DNA of 64,000 nucleotides from Escherichia coli (GTDB lineage Bacteria; Pseudomonadota; Gammaproteobacteria; Enterobacterales; Enterobacteriaceae): NCBI RefSeq assembly GCF_003334315.1, contig NZ_QOWR01000016.1; one strand, 5' to 3'. Shown piece by piece: positions 1 to 12,221 of this stretch (position 1 is its first letter; each line of letters starts with the position of its first letter). The notes under the pieces were generated by a model. It saw only the letters and a program-made list of their open reading frames with translations, ran no database searches and was not told where the DNA came from. The position numbers and the translations under genes were made by a program.

Positions 1-2440
1 CCACGGGAATATCTGCGGCGGCGAACCAGTAATGGGTTAAGTGATAAAAAGTGTATGGAAATATAGGGGCCAATCCAGCTGTCTCATAGAACACATCTTT
101 TGGTGCATCTTCTGGGAATGTAAGGTGAATACGGCATGATTGCTGCTCATCTTTTATATCTAGCACCATGTCCGGTTTGATGTTATTGAGGAATACAACA
201 CCGTCATCCACTGATGTTGTCAGATAGTTGCCTTCACTATCTTCAATCGCAACGCCTCTGGGCAGTTTTTTGCCGTCGGAAAGTGTGATATTGAGTAATG
301 CACGGCGTTGTGTTATCGCACTGAATCCGACTTTCCCTACTGCACCACGGCCTTGTTTGATCATTTTTGTGCCGTTACCGATATCGACATTTTTTGGCAA
401 GCTGGCGGTATCGATCTCAACTCCTGATGTTCGCCACGGCTGGATTGATGGAATGACGGCATTACCCCGAAAATCTGTCCATACTGGGCCTGCCTGAGAT
501 GTAATTCTGACACCTGCAATATTGTTATCCATTTTTGCGATGGCGAAAGTGTCATTGATAGTCCACGGTGAAAAGGTCACTCCCTGATCATGTACGGCAA
601 TACCACCTGACATCGTACCGTTGTAAGTACGGCTATCACTGCCGCTTGCTCCTGCGGCAAGGCTGACTTGGGTGTAATGGAGATTGGAACTGATACTGCC
701 GTTCAAGCTCGTTTCACGTTCGTCGTGATCTCGTTCAGCATTCACATAGTAGGACATCTCATCTGAGACGACTCCCATGACACCAGTACCATAGTGGGTT
801 TTATGATCGTCATGGCGAGTATACAGTGTGGCGGTGTTTGATCTGCCAAATGGAATACTGATGTTGACGTAGAACAGATCACCATCGTCTTCATTATTTT
901 CTGAAGCACTAAGTTGATGCTGCCAGTTGACGGAAACCGTGGCGTGTTTGAACGCTTTGTTCCAGTTAATATTAAGGTTGCTTGAGTCATTGTCACCGTC
1001 GTAACTATATGTTTTATAGCCACTGATGTTGAAACCACCCAGAATGGAGTTAGACCAGTTTAAACCAAGCGCATAAGTGCTTTTAGTCGGATCGGTATAA
1101 TCATCATCAATCGCTTCAGACAGTTCGCGATAATGGCGATCAGATCGAGTGAGGCTGGTTGTTAGCCCAAGTGAAAATGGGAGATTGTAGTTCGCGTCAA
1201 GACGATATTTCTGTCCTTGCAGTGAGTCTTTCGTATCCTGCGATGTACTAATTTGGCTGCTCACTGTTAAATCGGGCAGGGGAACCAGACTCGACCGGAT
1301 TGATGCCGCCTGATAATTTTCTGCTACGATAACGCCGCCGTTCATTGCACTCCAGCGTGTCAGATTCCATCCGCTCGATGCACTAATTACCCAAGGTGAT
1401 TCGTCATAGTCATCGTCTACCCGCCCTATCGCGAAGCGATAACCCTGGAAGCTTTCTACATGCTGATTAAACAGGGTGGAGGGAACAATATAGTTGTGCG
1501 AACTACCGTCTGTTTCGACAACGGTGACATTAAGATCACTATTACCATTGCGAACAGGTACATCAGGGATAGTGAATGCGCCCGCAGGAACCAGAATGGA
1601 ATGAATTAAAACTCCTTGTTGACGAATCTCGACACGAGCCTGAGAGGTGTTGGCTATACCAGTAACTTGCACACCACTGCCGCTGGTTTGCAATGCGTTG
1701 TCCGGTGCGATTTCGATACCGTAAATACTGGCTCCTTCCAACACGCTATTATTGAGGTTAACTTCACCTGCTCGCATGAGTGTTTTAAGATCTGTAAAGG
1801 TACGTTGAAGGTAGGTTGACGAGTTCTGGTTACTGAATGTGCCATTTGTTTGTGTAAGGAACTGATGGCTGCGTAACATCCAGTCATTAATATTAATCCC
1901 GCCTTCAAGTGCAGCCTGGGAGTAGTCCGAACTCCCATTAGAAAATTCTGCACGGCTGCTCATCAGAGAGTAGTTTAGCAGCGCAGCTGTTCCACCAGTT
2001 GCTGCGTTTGTGAGATCCAACCCTATGGGAATGATCGCCTGTGGTGAAACGATAATATCTAACGCTTCCTGGTTAGGTAATGGTGTGATTGTGGTACCCG
2101 GGTAGGACAATATATAGTCGTAACAGCCATTTTTTTCTTCAGAAGGAATTTTTAAACCGGCTTGTTGCAGAAATGCCTGATCAAGACAAATGTCGCCATT
2201 TTCATCAAAGCGCGTAGCAATGTTGCCTTTTTTTTCGCCATTTACTGATACTGCCAGTGAATATTCACCTGGCAAAAAACGGGCTGAACGGGAAAAATAA
2301 TGCGATATATTAGGATCTACACCTAGTGATTTTAATGTTTCCCGATCAAAATCAACAGCGGCAATCTCTATACCATCTGCATTGGCTGGGGGAGAAAAGG
2401 CAAAACCAATGGTGTAGGCCAGTAACGTTTTTTTTAACAT
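1..2440 (-). CDS. yhcD: fimbrial outer-membrane usher protein (chaperone-usher pathway); C-terminal part lies beyond window edge
   Basis: Frame open from ATG at 2440 (plus-strand cat 2438-2440) down to position 1 with no in-frame stop (>813 codons), hence absent from ORF track; N-terminus MLKKTLLAYTIGFAFSPPANA is a signal peptide; starts 20 nt after the chaperone gene stop. Confidence 0.85.
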   Translation of the reverse strand, partial: MLKKTLLAYTIGFAFSPPANADGIEIAAVDFDRETLKSLGVDPNISHYFSRSARFLPGEYSLAVSVNGEKKGNIATRFDENGDICLDQAFLQQAGLKIPSEEKNGCYDYILSYPGTTITPLPNQEALDIIVSPQAIIPIGLDLTNAATGGTAALLNYSLMSSRAEFSNGSSDYSQAALEGGININDWMLRSHQFLTQTNGTFSNQNSSTYLQRTFTDLKTLMRAGEVNLNNSVLEGASIYGIEIAPDNALQTSGSGVQVTGIANTSQARVEIRQQGVLIHSILVPAGAFTIPDVPVRNGNSDLNVTVVETDGSSHNYIVPSTLFNQHVESFQGYRFAIGRVDDDYDESPWVISASSGWNLTRWSAMNGGVIVAENYQAASIRSSLVPLPDLTVSSQISTSQDTKDSLQGQKYRLDANYNLPFSLGLTTSLTRSDRHYRELSEAIDDDYTDPTKSTYALGLNWSNSILGGFNISGYKTYSYDGDNDSSNLNINWNKAFKHATVSVNWQHQLSASENNEDDGDLFYVNISIPFGRSNTATLYTRHDDHKTHYGTGVMGVVSDEMSYYVNAERDHDERETSLNGSISSNLHYTQVSLAAGASGSDSRTYNGTMSGGIAVHDQGVTFSPWTINDTFAIAKMDNNIAGVRITSQAGPVWTDFRGNAVIPSIQPWRTSGVEIDTASLPKNVDIGNGTKMIKQGRGAVGKVGFSAITQRRALLNITLSDGKKLPRGVAIEDSEGNYLTTSVDDGVVFLNNIKPDMVLDIKDEQQSCRIHLTFPEDAPKDVFYETAGLAPIFPYTFYHLTHYWFAAADIPV

Positions 2441-2460
2441 CCTTGTCGCTCCAGGCAAAG

Positions 2461-3135
2461 TTATTTTAAGTCAGTGACATATTTATTACCGCGATAACCA
2501 TATCGGCTGGCTGGGTAAAACTCGACTTTTGTATCCGTAGCGTTTGTTAATGCAGTAGTTGTACTGGTGTGTGGTAGAAAATAGGTCTTATTTATAGCCC
2601 CCGTTTTTCCTGAAGGGAGCGTTTTAAATTGTAAGGTCATACGAACGACATAATTACTGGGGTTGCTAATCTCAATTTGGTCGCCATTTTTACGCCATTC
2701 CAGGAATTTCCAGGTCTCTCGCTCTTCCGGCAGGGAAGCCGGGTGGATCAGTACAGGTAGATCCTGACGAATTGAAACAGTAACTCTGCTGCTCTTGTCA
2801 TCTTTTGGTGGAATACCTTCGAACGTTACGCGTTTCAGCTCTTCTGATTGCAGAGGAACAGTCGCCTGAAGTAAAAATCGAACCTGTTGTACTTGACCGG
2901 CTTCAACACGAATAACGGGCTGAGTCGGGATTAAACGAATTGATTTATTGCTTTCAGGCAAATCAACAATGGTGGTGTAAAGCAATGCAGGATGATCATC
3001 TGTATTCTTAATATTAATACTAGCTTCACCACGCTTTTCATCAACCAGTAATACTGATGTTTCAGGAACCATCCCTGTGGCTAAGGTATTCATTGATGTT
3101 GTTATAAATACAGTGAATGTAATGTGTCTGAGCAT
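2461..3135 (-). CDS. yhcA: periplasmic pilus chaperone (PapD-like)
   Basis: 224-aa ORF in track; hydrophobic N-terminal signal; placed immediately upstream of the usher gene. Confidence 0.9.
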   Translation of the reverse strand: MLRHITFTVFITTSMNTLATGMVPETSVLLVDEKRGEASINIKNTDDHPALLYTTIVDLPESNKSIRLIPTQPVIRVEAGQVQQVRFLLQATVPLQSEELKRVTFEGIPPKDDKSSRVTVSIRQDLPVLIHPASLPEERETWKFLEWRKNGDQIEISNPSNYVVRMTLQFKTLPSGKTGAINKTYFLPHTSTTTALTNATDTKVEFYPASRYGYRGNKYVTDLK

Positions 3136-3306
3136 TTAAATTAAAACTCCTGTAATAATGATAAATAACGCAGAAACATATTGTTAATATATGTTATGCA
3201 CTGTTTGCGATGAGATTGATTAAGACAGACCATGTCATAGGGCATAATCTGTCCGAGTTATAGCTAACTGGTTAATGCGTAAAAATAAAAACTGTATTAC
3301 AAGTTC

Positions 3307-4071
3307 TTATAAATACTGAACGCTGATAGTGACGTTACCATCCAGTTTGATCGTTTCATCAGAACCAAGAATAGTATTGTCATTTACCGCAGCATCAATC
3401 AGTAACGGGAAGGTGACCGCTGTAATGGCAACAGGTGTCAGTTCCCCTGTTTTTGCAACAGAATAACCGCGCTCGATTGCTGAGCAACTTGTCAGCGAGC
3501 AGAATGCGCCATTAGATGAGGCTTTCCATGTGGGGGTCGCTGCTGACCAGTGGTCAGTTTGAATCAGGTCGACAGGAATTTCACCTGTATCGTCCGCCGC
3601 GTGAATCCCACCATTAGACCTGTCAATACCAATGGATGCAGCGCCAATTTTTTGTCCATTAGGCGCAGAACCTAAACCAAAGGCGTTTTTCGTTCCCTTC
3701 ATATCTACGAGAGTATCATAAGCTTTTTCAATATAGGATGTGTCGTTTAACGCTACAATGGTCGACTGACGGTTATCCTTGGAGGTTACAGCAATTAGCG
3801 TTGGTGCTGTGCAGGTTATATTTAATGTGCTGTTTTTGCGGCCCAGTTGAACCAGTTTATTACTTTTACCGGTCGGATTCAGCGCACTGTTATGATGTTT
3901 CCCATAGTCAACAATGCCGCCGCCCGTAACAACTGGGGTACATGCACCAGGGGTATACTCGCCGATGATAGTTAATTCTGTATCAGTTGAATCTGTTGCC
4001 ATGGCACTGAATGCTGCAACAGAAAGTGCTGCACAAATAGCAGCTGTTGTGAGGTTCTTTTTGAAAAACAT
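3307..4071 (-). CDS. gltF: periplasmic protein GltF (DUF1120-like, fimbrial-subunit-like)
   Basis: 254-aa ORF; signal peptide MFFKKNLTTAAICAALSVAAFSAMA; C-terminus NVTISVQYL; ATG confirmed at 4071 (plus cat 4069-4071). Confidence 0.9.
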   Translation of the reverse strand: MFFKKNLTTAAICAALSVAAFSAMATDSTDTELTIIGEYTPGACTPVVTGGGIVDYGKHHNSALNPTGKSNKLVQLGRKNSTLNITCTAPTLIAVTSKDNRQSTIVALNDTSYIEKAYDTLVDMKGTKNAFGLGSAPNGQKIGAASIGIDRSNGGIHAADDTGEIPVDLIQTDHWSAATPTWKASSNGAFCSLTSCSAIERGYSVAKTGELTPVAITAVTFPLLIDAAVNDNTILGSDETIKLDGNVTISVQYL

Positions 4072-4590
4072 ATGAACATATCCTTAATAACAAATTTATT
4101 TTTTAAAATAAAAAGCTGAAGCAGTATATATATCTGTTTGTGAATGTAAATAAATAACTCGTTCAGAAATAGCCAACTTGCTGGGATGTATTTATTTAAT
4201 GAATTTTATAGTTACGATCATGTGAATAATAAGGTGCTGGTGAGGTGGTTTGTGGTGATAATTATTCATTACATGAATGTTTGCGCTGAAAAATAGGAAA
4301 ATATATAGATAATTAAGGATAATATATTGGTTTTTTATATTCATATTTTGTATATTAATATCGAGACAATTTACATGGAATGAAAAGACTGAATAGCTTG
4401 CAGAATCGGTATTGTCAGAGGTGTTAACAAGTAATTGAGACGGATTGTAAATGAGAAATTGCTTGATGTGCTTCACTCATCAGACTTGGTGAACAAAGCA
4501 CAATTTATTGAAAATTATCCCTATTATAGGAAAGGTCAAACGCTCATGCCGCATTTGCCAGAAAACAACGCGCACTTCGTCAGTAATTTG

Positions 4591-4615
4591 ATTCGCCAGA
4601 CACAGTCTGGCGAAT
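4591..4615 (-). terminator. stem-loop just downstream of gltD stop (possible terminator or 3' stabiliser; no U-tract)
   Basis: Perfect inverted repeat ttcgccagac / gtctggcgaa (10-11 bp stem, loop aca) beginning 16 nt after gltD stop; flanking sequence on the gltD strand is not U-rich. Confidence 0.3.
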
Positions 4616-4630
4616 TCATTGTTACCTCGC

Positions 4631-6061
<1,431 letters not shown>

Positions 6062-9000
6062 TTACTGCGCCTGCACGCGCAACTCAGCTGCGCTACGACT
6101 ACGGTGACCCAGCAGTGCTTTTACATCACTGGACTTCGGTTTAACCAGCGCAAATTTAGTGGCGAAGGTTGACCAGTTCGCCAGAATCTCTTCACCGCGC
6201 TGAGAGCCGGTATGCTGCACATGCTCGGTGATAAGACCACGCAGATGCTCTTCATGGATCGCCAGAGCGTCAACGCTTAAGACCTCGACCAGTTCCGGGT
6301 TAACGCGTTTGCGGAAATCGCCGCTTTCATCGAGAACGTAAGCGAAACCGCCGGTCATGCCCGCACCGAAGTTAACGCCGGTTTTACCCAGAATGCAGAC
6401 GATACCACCCGTCATATATTCACAACCGTTGTCGCCAATGCCTTCTACCACGGTGATAGCACCGGAGTTACGCACGCCGAAACGTTCACCCGCGCGGCCT
6501 GCGGCATACAGACGACCACCGGTCGCGCCATACAGGCAGGTGTTGCCGATAATGCTTGCTTCATGGCTGCGGAAGGCGGAACCAACCGGAGGACGAATGG
6601 CGATTAAGCCGCCCGCCATGCCTTTACCGACATAGTCGTTGGCATCACCGGTCAGGTACAGTTCCACGCCGCCCGCGTTCCACACGCCGAAGCTCTGGCC
6701 TGCGGTGCCGTTGAAGTACGCTTTGATAGGATCGGCTGCCAGCCCCTGATCGCCGTGCGTCTGGGCGATATAGCCTGAAAGCGACGCGCCGACAGAACGG
6801 TCGGTGTTGCGAATATCGAACCAGAAGGTTTTGCTCTGGCGCTCATCGACAAACGGTTTCGCCTGTTGCAGCAACTGCGCGTTCAGCAGGCCGTTATCAA
6901 ACGGCGGGTTGTTTTCGGTGCAGTAGAGTGCCTTACCTGGATGCGGTTCGGCAGTCTCCAGCAGCTTCGACAGCGCCAGCTTCTGCTGTTTGGCGGTGAA
7001 ACCGTCCAGCTCTTTCAGCAGGTCGGTGCGACCAATCAGATCCACCAGACGTGTTACGCCAAGCTGTGCCATCAGCTCGCGGGTTTCACGGGCGATAAAC
7101 TCAAAGTAATTCGTCACCTTGAATGGCAGGCCGTGATAGTGGTTCTTACGCAGTTTGTCATCCTGAGTTGCTACACCCGTTGCGCAGTTGTTCAGATGGC
7201 AAATACGTAGATATTTACAGCCGAGCGCCACCATCGGGCCAGTGCCGAAGCCGAAGCTTTCTGCGCCGAGAATCGCCGCCTTGATGATATCGACACCCGT
7301 TTTCAGGCCGCCATCGACCTGCAAACGGATCTTGTGACGCAAGCCGTTAGCAACCAGCGCCTGCTGGGTTTCAACAAGCCCCAGCTCCCACGGACAGCCT
7401 GCGTATTTCACCGATGAAAGCGGACTTGCGCCGGTGCCGCCGTCATAGCCTGCGATGGTGATCAAGTCCGCATAAGCTTTTGCCACGCCAGTCGCGATGG
7501 TGCCTACTCCCGGTTCGGAAACCAGCTTCACGGAGATCATCGCTTTCGGGTTAACCTGCTTGAGGTCGAAAATGAGCTGCGCTAAGTCCTCGATAGAGTA
7601 GATATCGTGGTGCGGCGGCGGGGAGATCAGCGTCACTCCGGGCACCGAATAGCGCAGTTTGGCGATGTAAGGCGTGACTTTATCACCCGGCAACTGACCG
7701 CCTTCGCCTGGCTTCGCGCCCTGGGCGACTTTAATCTGAATGACGTCGGCATTGACCAGATACGCCGGAGTAACCCCAAAGCGACCGGAAGCCACCTGCT
7801 TGATGCGCGACACTTTGTTGGTGCCGTAGCGCGCCGGGTCTTCGCCGCCTTCACCGGAGTTCGAATTACCGCCGATGCTGTTCATCGCTTCCGCCAGCGC
7901 CTCGTGGGCTTCCGGGCTTAACGCGCCGATAGACATCGCGGCGGTATCAAAGCGTTTAAACAGTTCGCTTGCCGGTTCAACATCAGCAATGTTGACCGCG
8001 TTTTCACCCGGCGTAATTGCCAGCAGATCGCGCAGCGTGGTTGCCGGACGCTCATTAACCAGCTTCGCGTATTCCTGATAGTCGCTGTACTCGCCGCTTT
8101 GTACCGCTTGTTGCAGCGTGCGCACCACGTCCGGGTTGTAGGCGTGGTATTCGCCGCCGTGGACGTATTTCAGCAGGCCGCCCTGGCTGATGGGCTTACG
8201 CGCCAGCCAGGCACGTTTCGACAGATTCAGCAGATCCTGCTGGAAGTCTTCAAAGCTTGCCCCACCAATGCGGCTGACCGCCCCCTGGAAGCACAGGCCC
8301 ACTACATCATCGTGTAGACCGACCGCTTCAAACAGTTTCGAGCAGCGGTAAGAGGCGATGGTGGAGATGCCCATTTTGGACATGATTTTGTACAAGCCTT
8401 TGTTGATGCCGTTACGGTAGTTGAGCATCACGGTACGATAATCTTTGGCAATCGCATGGGTGTCTACCAGGCGGCCCAGCGTTTCATAGGCAAGGTATGG
8501 ATAAATAGCCGTCGCGCCGAAGCCCAGCAACACGGCGAAGTGGTGCGGATCGCGGGCGCTGGCGGTTTCGACGATGATGTTGGCATCGCAACGCAGGCTT
8601 TGATCGACCAGACGGGTCTGGATCGCGCCAACCGCCATCGGGGCTGGAACCGGCAGGCGATCTTTAGCGATATTCCGGTCGGAGAGCACCAGCAGCACGG
8701 TGCCGCTACGTACCATTTTTTCGGCTTTGTCGCACAGCTCTTTGACTGTCGCTTCGAGCGTGGTTTTAGTGACGTCAAAGGTGATATCCAGCGTATCTGC
8801 GCGGTAGTGCTCCTCTTTCATCGTCGTGAGCTGTTTGAAATCGGAGTAGAGCAGAATCGGCGATTTAAAGCTTAAACGGTGCGCCTGGCCCTCTGCTTCG
8901 CAAAAGACGTTCATTTCACGACCGATACTGGTGGCGAGCGACATAACATGCGCTTCACGCAGCGGGTCGATTGGCGGGTTAGTCACCTGGGCAAACTGCT

Positions 9001-10522
9001 GGCGGAAGTAGTCGTAAATAATGCGCGGCTGACTGGAAAGCACGGCGAATGGGGTATCATCGCCCATCGAACCGACCGCTTCCTGACCGTTTTCGCCCAG
9101 TACGCGAATTACGGAGTCCAGCTCTTCCGCGCTGTAGTTAAACTGTTTCTGGTAGCTGGCAAGCGTGTCGTCGTCCAGTTCGCGGCTACCCACTTCTTCA
9201 TCGGGCAGATCTTCAAACGGTACCAGTCGGCGGACGTTTTTCTCCATCCACTCTTTATATGGATGGCGGCTTTTCAGATCGTCATCGGTTTCTGCCGAGT
9301 GCAGAATACGCCCACTGCGGGTGTCGATAACCATCAGTTCGCCTGGCCCGACGCGGCCTTTTTCGACCACTTCGTCAGGCTGGTAATCCCAGATACCGAC
9401 TTCAGAGGCGCAGGTGATGAGCTTATCTTTGGTGATGACGTAGCGCGCCGGACGCAGACCGTTACGGTCGAGGTTACAGGCGGCAAAACGACCGTCGGAC
9501 ATCACGATGCCCGCCGGGCCATCCCACGGCTCCATATGCATGGAGTTAAAGTCAAAGAAGGCACGCAGTTCCGGGTCCATATCCGGGTTGTTCTGCCAGG
9601 CGGGGGGTACTAATAGACGCATGGCGCGGATGATATCCATCCCGCCTGCCAGCAGCAGTTCCAGCATGTTATCCATGGAACTGGAGTCAGAGCCGGTTTC
9701 GTTGACGAACGGTGCGGCGTCGTGCAGATCAGGGATAAGCGGCGTCTGGAATTTATAGGTACGCGCACGCGCCCATTGGCGGTTACCGGTGATGGTGTTG
9801 ATTTCACCGTTATGCGCCAGATAGCGGAACGGTTGCGCCAGCGGCCAGCGCGGTACGGTGTTAGTGGAGAAGCGCTGGTGGAACAGGCAAATGGCCGATT
9901 CCAGACGCAGGTCCGCAAGATCCAGATAAAAGCGCGGCAGATCCGCCGGCATACACAGACCTTTATAGATGTTCACCAGATTCGACAGGCTACAGACGTA
10001 GAAGTCTTTGTCGGCTTCGAGACGCTTTTCAATGCGGCGGCGGGCGATAAACAGACGGCGCTCTATATCGCGTGGACGCCAGCCTGCCGGGGCGTTCACA
10101 AAAATTTGCTCAATGCGTGGCAGAGAGGAGAGGGCGATTTCACCCAGCACGCCTTCGTTAGTGGGGACATCACGCCAGCCCACAATCGACAAGGTTTCGC
10201 GTTGCAGCTCTTCTTCAACGATGCGGCGTGCGGCAGCGGCGAGTTCAGGATCTTTATTCAGGAATAGCATCCCGACGGCGTAGTTTTTCGCTAAACGCCA
10301 GCCGCGCTCCTGCGCAACGATGCGAAAAAAGCGATCCGGTTTTTGTAACAGCAAGCCGCAACCGTCACCGGTTTTACCATCGGCGAGAATCGCGCCACGG
10401 TGCTGCATGCGGGCCAGTGCGTGTATTGCAGTACGCACTACCTTGTGGCTAGGTTCGCCTTCTATGTGGGCGATCAGGCCGAAACCACAGTTATCCCTCT
10501 CAAGGGATTTATCGTACAACAT
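6062..10522 (-). CDS. gltB: glutamate synthase [NADPH] large (alpha) subunit
   Basis: Track ORF 6062..10630 (1522 aa, [10 protein letters not shown]...); start set to in-frame ATG 10522 ([15 protein letters not shown]...) because GGGAGG Shine-Dalgarno (plus 10531-10536) lies 8 nt upstream; in-frame ATGs at 10615 and 10630 remain possible. Confidence 0.93.
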   Translation of the reverse strand: MLYDKSLERDNCGFGLIAHIEGEPSHKVVRTAIHALARMQHRGAILADGKTGDGCGLLLQKPDRFFRIVAQERGWRLAKNYAVGMLFLNKDPELAAAARRIVEEELQRETLSIVGWRDVPTNEGVLGEIALSSLPRIEQIFVNAPAGWRPRDIERRLFIARRRIEKRLEADKDFYVCSLSNLVNIYKGLCMPADLPRFYLDLADLRLESAICLFHQRFSTNTVPRWPLAQPFRYLAHNGEINTITGNRQWARARTYKFQTPLIPDLHDAAPFVNETGSDSSSMDNMLELLLAGGMDIIRAMRLLVPPAWQNNPDMDPELRAFFDFNSMHMEPWDGPAGIVMSDGRFAACNLDRNGLRPARYVITKDKLITCASEVGIWDYQPDEVVEKGRVGPGELMVIDTRSGRILHSAETDDDLKSRHPYKEWMEKNVRRLVPFEDLPDEEVGSRELDDDTLASYQKQFNYSAEELDSVIRVLGENGQEAVGSMGDDTPFAVLSSQPRIIYDYFRQQFAQVTNPPIDPLREAHVMSLATSIGREMNVFCEAEGQAHRLSFKSPILLYSDFKQLTTMKEEHYRADTLDITFDVTKTTLEATVKELCDKAEKMVRSGTVLLVLSDRNIAKDRLPVPAPMAVGAIQTRLVDQSLRCDANIIVETASARDPHHFAVLLGFGATAIYPYLAYETLGRLVDTHAIAKDYRTVMLNYRNGINKGLYKIMSKMGISTIASYRCSKLFEAVGLHDDVVGLCFQGAVSRIGGASFEDFQQDLLNLSKRAWLARKPISQGGLLKYVHGGEYHAYNPDVVRTLQQAVQSGEYSDYQEYAKLVNERPATTLRDLLAITPGENAVNIADVEPASELFKRFDTAAMSIGALSPEAHEALAEAMNSIGGNSNSGEGGEDPARYGTNKVSRIKQVASGRFGVTPAYLVNADVIQIKVAQGAKPGEGGQLPGDKVTPYIAKLRYSVPGVTLISPPPHHDIYSIEDLAQLIFDLKQVNPKAMISVKLVSEPGVGTIATGVAKAYADLITIAGYDGGTGASPLSSVKYAGCPWELGLVETQQALVANGLRHKIRLQVDGGLKTGVDIIKAAILGAESFGFGTGPMVALGCKYLRICHLNNCATGVATQDDKLRKNHYHGLPFKVTNYFEFIARETRELMAQLGVTRLVDLIGRTDLLKELDGFTAKQQKLALSKLLETAEPHPGKALYCTENNPPFDNGLLNAQLLQQAKPFVDERQSKTFWFDIRNTDRSVGASLSGYIAQTHGDQGLAADPIKAYFNGTAGQSFGVWNAGGVELYLTGDANDYVGKGMAGGLIAIRPPVGSAFRSHEASIIGNTCLYGATGGRLYAAGRAGERFGVRNSGAITVVEGIGDNGCEYMTGGIVCILGKTGVNFGAGMTGGFAYVLDESGDFRKRVNPELVEVLSVDALAIHEEHLRGLITEHVQHTGSQRGEEILANWSTFATKFALVKPKSSDVKALLGHRSRSAAELRVQAQ

Positions 10523-10742
10523 ATCGTGAACCTCCCCCAGGCTCTGCGGGAACCCCACTTCCGAACCGCTGCGCACGGGCACAGAAAGAGCGTGGCGACG
10601 GGGTTTGCGTGTCATACGCGCGCCTCGCATTCGCCCCCTTGTTGTCCTTTTCGCATCGGTTAATACGGTGAAGAGGGGATCTCAATTACTGCATAAATAT
10701 GATGAGCAGGCTGCTCATCCAGAAAGCTTCCAGCGGATTTCC

Positions 10743-10771
10743 AACTTATCGGGAAAGCTGATACAGGTCAA
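10743..10771 (-). promoter_or_regulatory. candidate sigma70 promoter for gltBD (-35 TTGACC, 17-bp spacer, -10 TAAGTT)
   Basis: Minus-strand read: TTGACC = plus 10766-10771, TAAGTT = plus 10743-10748; about 220 nt upstream of gltB ATG in an AT-rich intergenic region. Confidence 0.3.
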
Positions 10772-11196
10772 ATAGCAAGCTTATTGGTACAGAAATGTGC
10801 TTTAGCGCAAAATTCTTTATTAACTGACTGAAATTAAAATAGATTTTATCTTTAAGGCTAAAAGGGAAGTCGTTAGAGAAACAGTCAATTCCTGACTGTC
10901 ATAAAGGCGTGTTAACCCTTATCCTGCCTTGAACTGACGACAAAACCAGCATTTTATACTGCCTTAATTGGTAATGACGTTTCATGCTACTGTTTTTGCC
11001 TAAAATCCATCAGGAGATAAAAAAATCTGACACAAGATAAGCAAAAGTGATTTATGTGATTATGCATGAAATTTCGGTAATTTTGATTGATTATGCAGTT
11101 GATAAAAGCAGGCCGGGACGATTGATCCAGGTCATCGCCGAATTGAGCTAAAAATGGCAGGCTTTGGCCTCTTTTCAAGGCGCGGTCTATCAGATT

Positions 11197-12126
11197 ATGC
11201 AGTTACAGAAATTAGTCAATATGTTTGGTGGTGATCTCACCCGTCGTTATGGGCAAAAGGTGCATAAGCTGACGCTGCACGGCGGTTTTAGCTGCCCTAA
11301 CCGTGACGGTACCATCGGGCGTGGTGGCTGCACATTCTGTAATGTTGCCTCGTTTGCCGATGAAGCGCAGCAGCATCGTTCCATTGCCGAGCAACTGGCG
11401 CACCAGGCGAATTTAGTTAACCGCGCTAAACGCTATCTGGCCTACTTTCAGGCGTATACCAGCACCTTTGCGGAAGTTCAGGTGCTGCGTTCTATGTATC
11501 AGCAGGCGGTGAGCCAGGCCAATATTGTCGGTTTGTGTGTGGGTACCCGCCCGGACTGCGTGCCGGATGCGGTGCTGGATCTGCTTTGCGAATATAAGGA
11601 CCAGGGTTACGAAGTGTGGCTGGAGCTGGGGCTACAAACCGCCCACGACAAAACACTGCATCGCATCAACCGCGGCCATGATTTTGCCTGTTATCAGCGT
11701 ACAACCCAGCTGGCACGTCAGCGCGGGCTGAAGGTGTGTTCCCACTTAATTGTCGGCCTGCCTGGCGAAGGGCAGGCTGAATGTTTGCAAACGCTGGAGC
11801 GAGTGGTTGAAACCGGCGTGGACGGCATAAAGCTGCATCCGCTGCATATTGTGAAAGGCAGCATTATGGCGAAAGCCTGGGAAGCGGGGCGTTTGAACGG
11901 TATTGAACTGGAGGATTACACGCTCACTGCCGGAGAAATGATTCGCCATACGCCACCGGAAGTGATCTACCACCGCATTTCCGCCAGCGCCCGTCGCCCG
12001 ACGCTGCTTGCTCCGCTGTGGTGCGAAAATCGATGGACGGGAATGGTCGAGCTGGATCGCTATCTGAATGAACATGGCGTACAGGGATCGGCGCTGGGAC
12101 GTCCGTGGCTACCTCCAACAGAGTAG
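11197..12126 (+). CDS. yhcC: radical SAM family protein YhcC
   Basis: Track ORF starts at TTG 11164; first ATG 11197 gives MQLQKLVNMFGG... (309 aa); Cys-rich CPNRDGTIGRGGCTFC motif. Confidence 0.85.
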   Translation: MQLQKLVNMFGGDLTRRYGQKVHKLTLHGGFSCPNRDGTIGRGGCTFCNVASFADEAQQHRSIAEQLAHQANLVNRAKRYLAYFQAYTSTFAEVQVLRSMYQQAVSQANIVGLCVGTRPDCVPDAVLDLLCEYKDQGYEVWLELGLQTAHDKTLHRINRGHDFACYQRTTQLARQRGLKVCSHLIVGLPGEGQAECLQTLERVVETGVDGIKLHPLHIVKGSIMAKAWEAGRLNGIELEDYTLTAGEMIRHTPPEVIYHRISASARRPTLLAPLWCENRWTGMVELDRYLNEHGVQGSALGRPWLPPTE

Positions 12127-12221
12127 GTCGTTGAGGGGAATTCCGCATTTCTCACACAATTTATAACGTAACTGTCAGAATTGGGTATTATTGGGGCAGG
12201 TTGTCGTGAAGGAATTCCCTA

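Noticed and set aside
4192-4476. 94-aa minus-strand ORF in the gltD-gltF AT-rich spacer
   Set aside because: Translation is poly-N/I/Y/F low complexity typical of AT-rich DNA read in frame; no SD
10523-10630. N-terminal extension of gltB in the ORF track ([22 protein letters not shown]...)
   Set aside because: Strong GGGAGG SD is positioned for the downstream ATG at 10522; extension kept only as an alternative
10987-11178. 63-aa minus-strand ORF in the gltB-yhcC divergent intergenic region
   Set aside because: No SD, lies in the promoter region, no recognisable features
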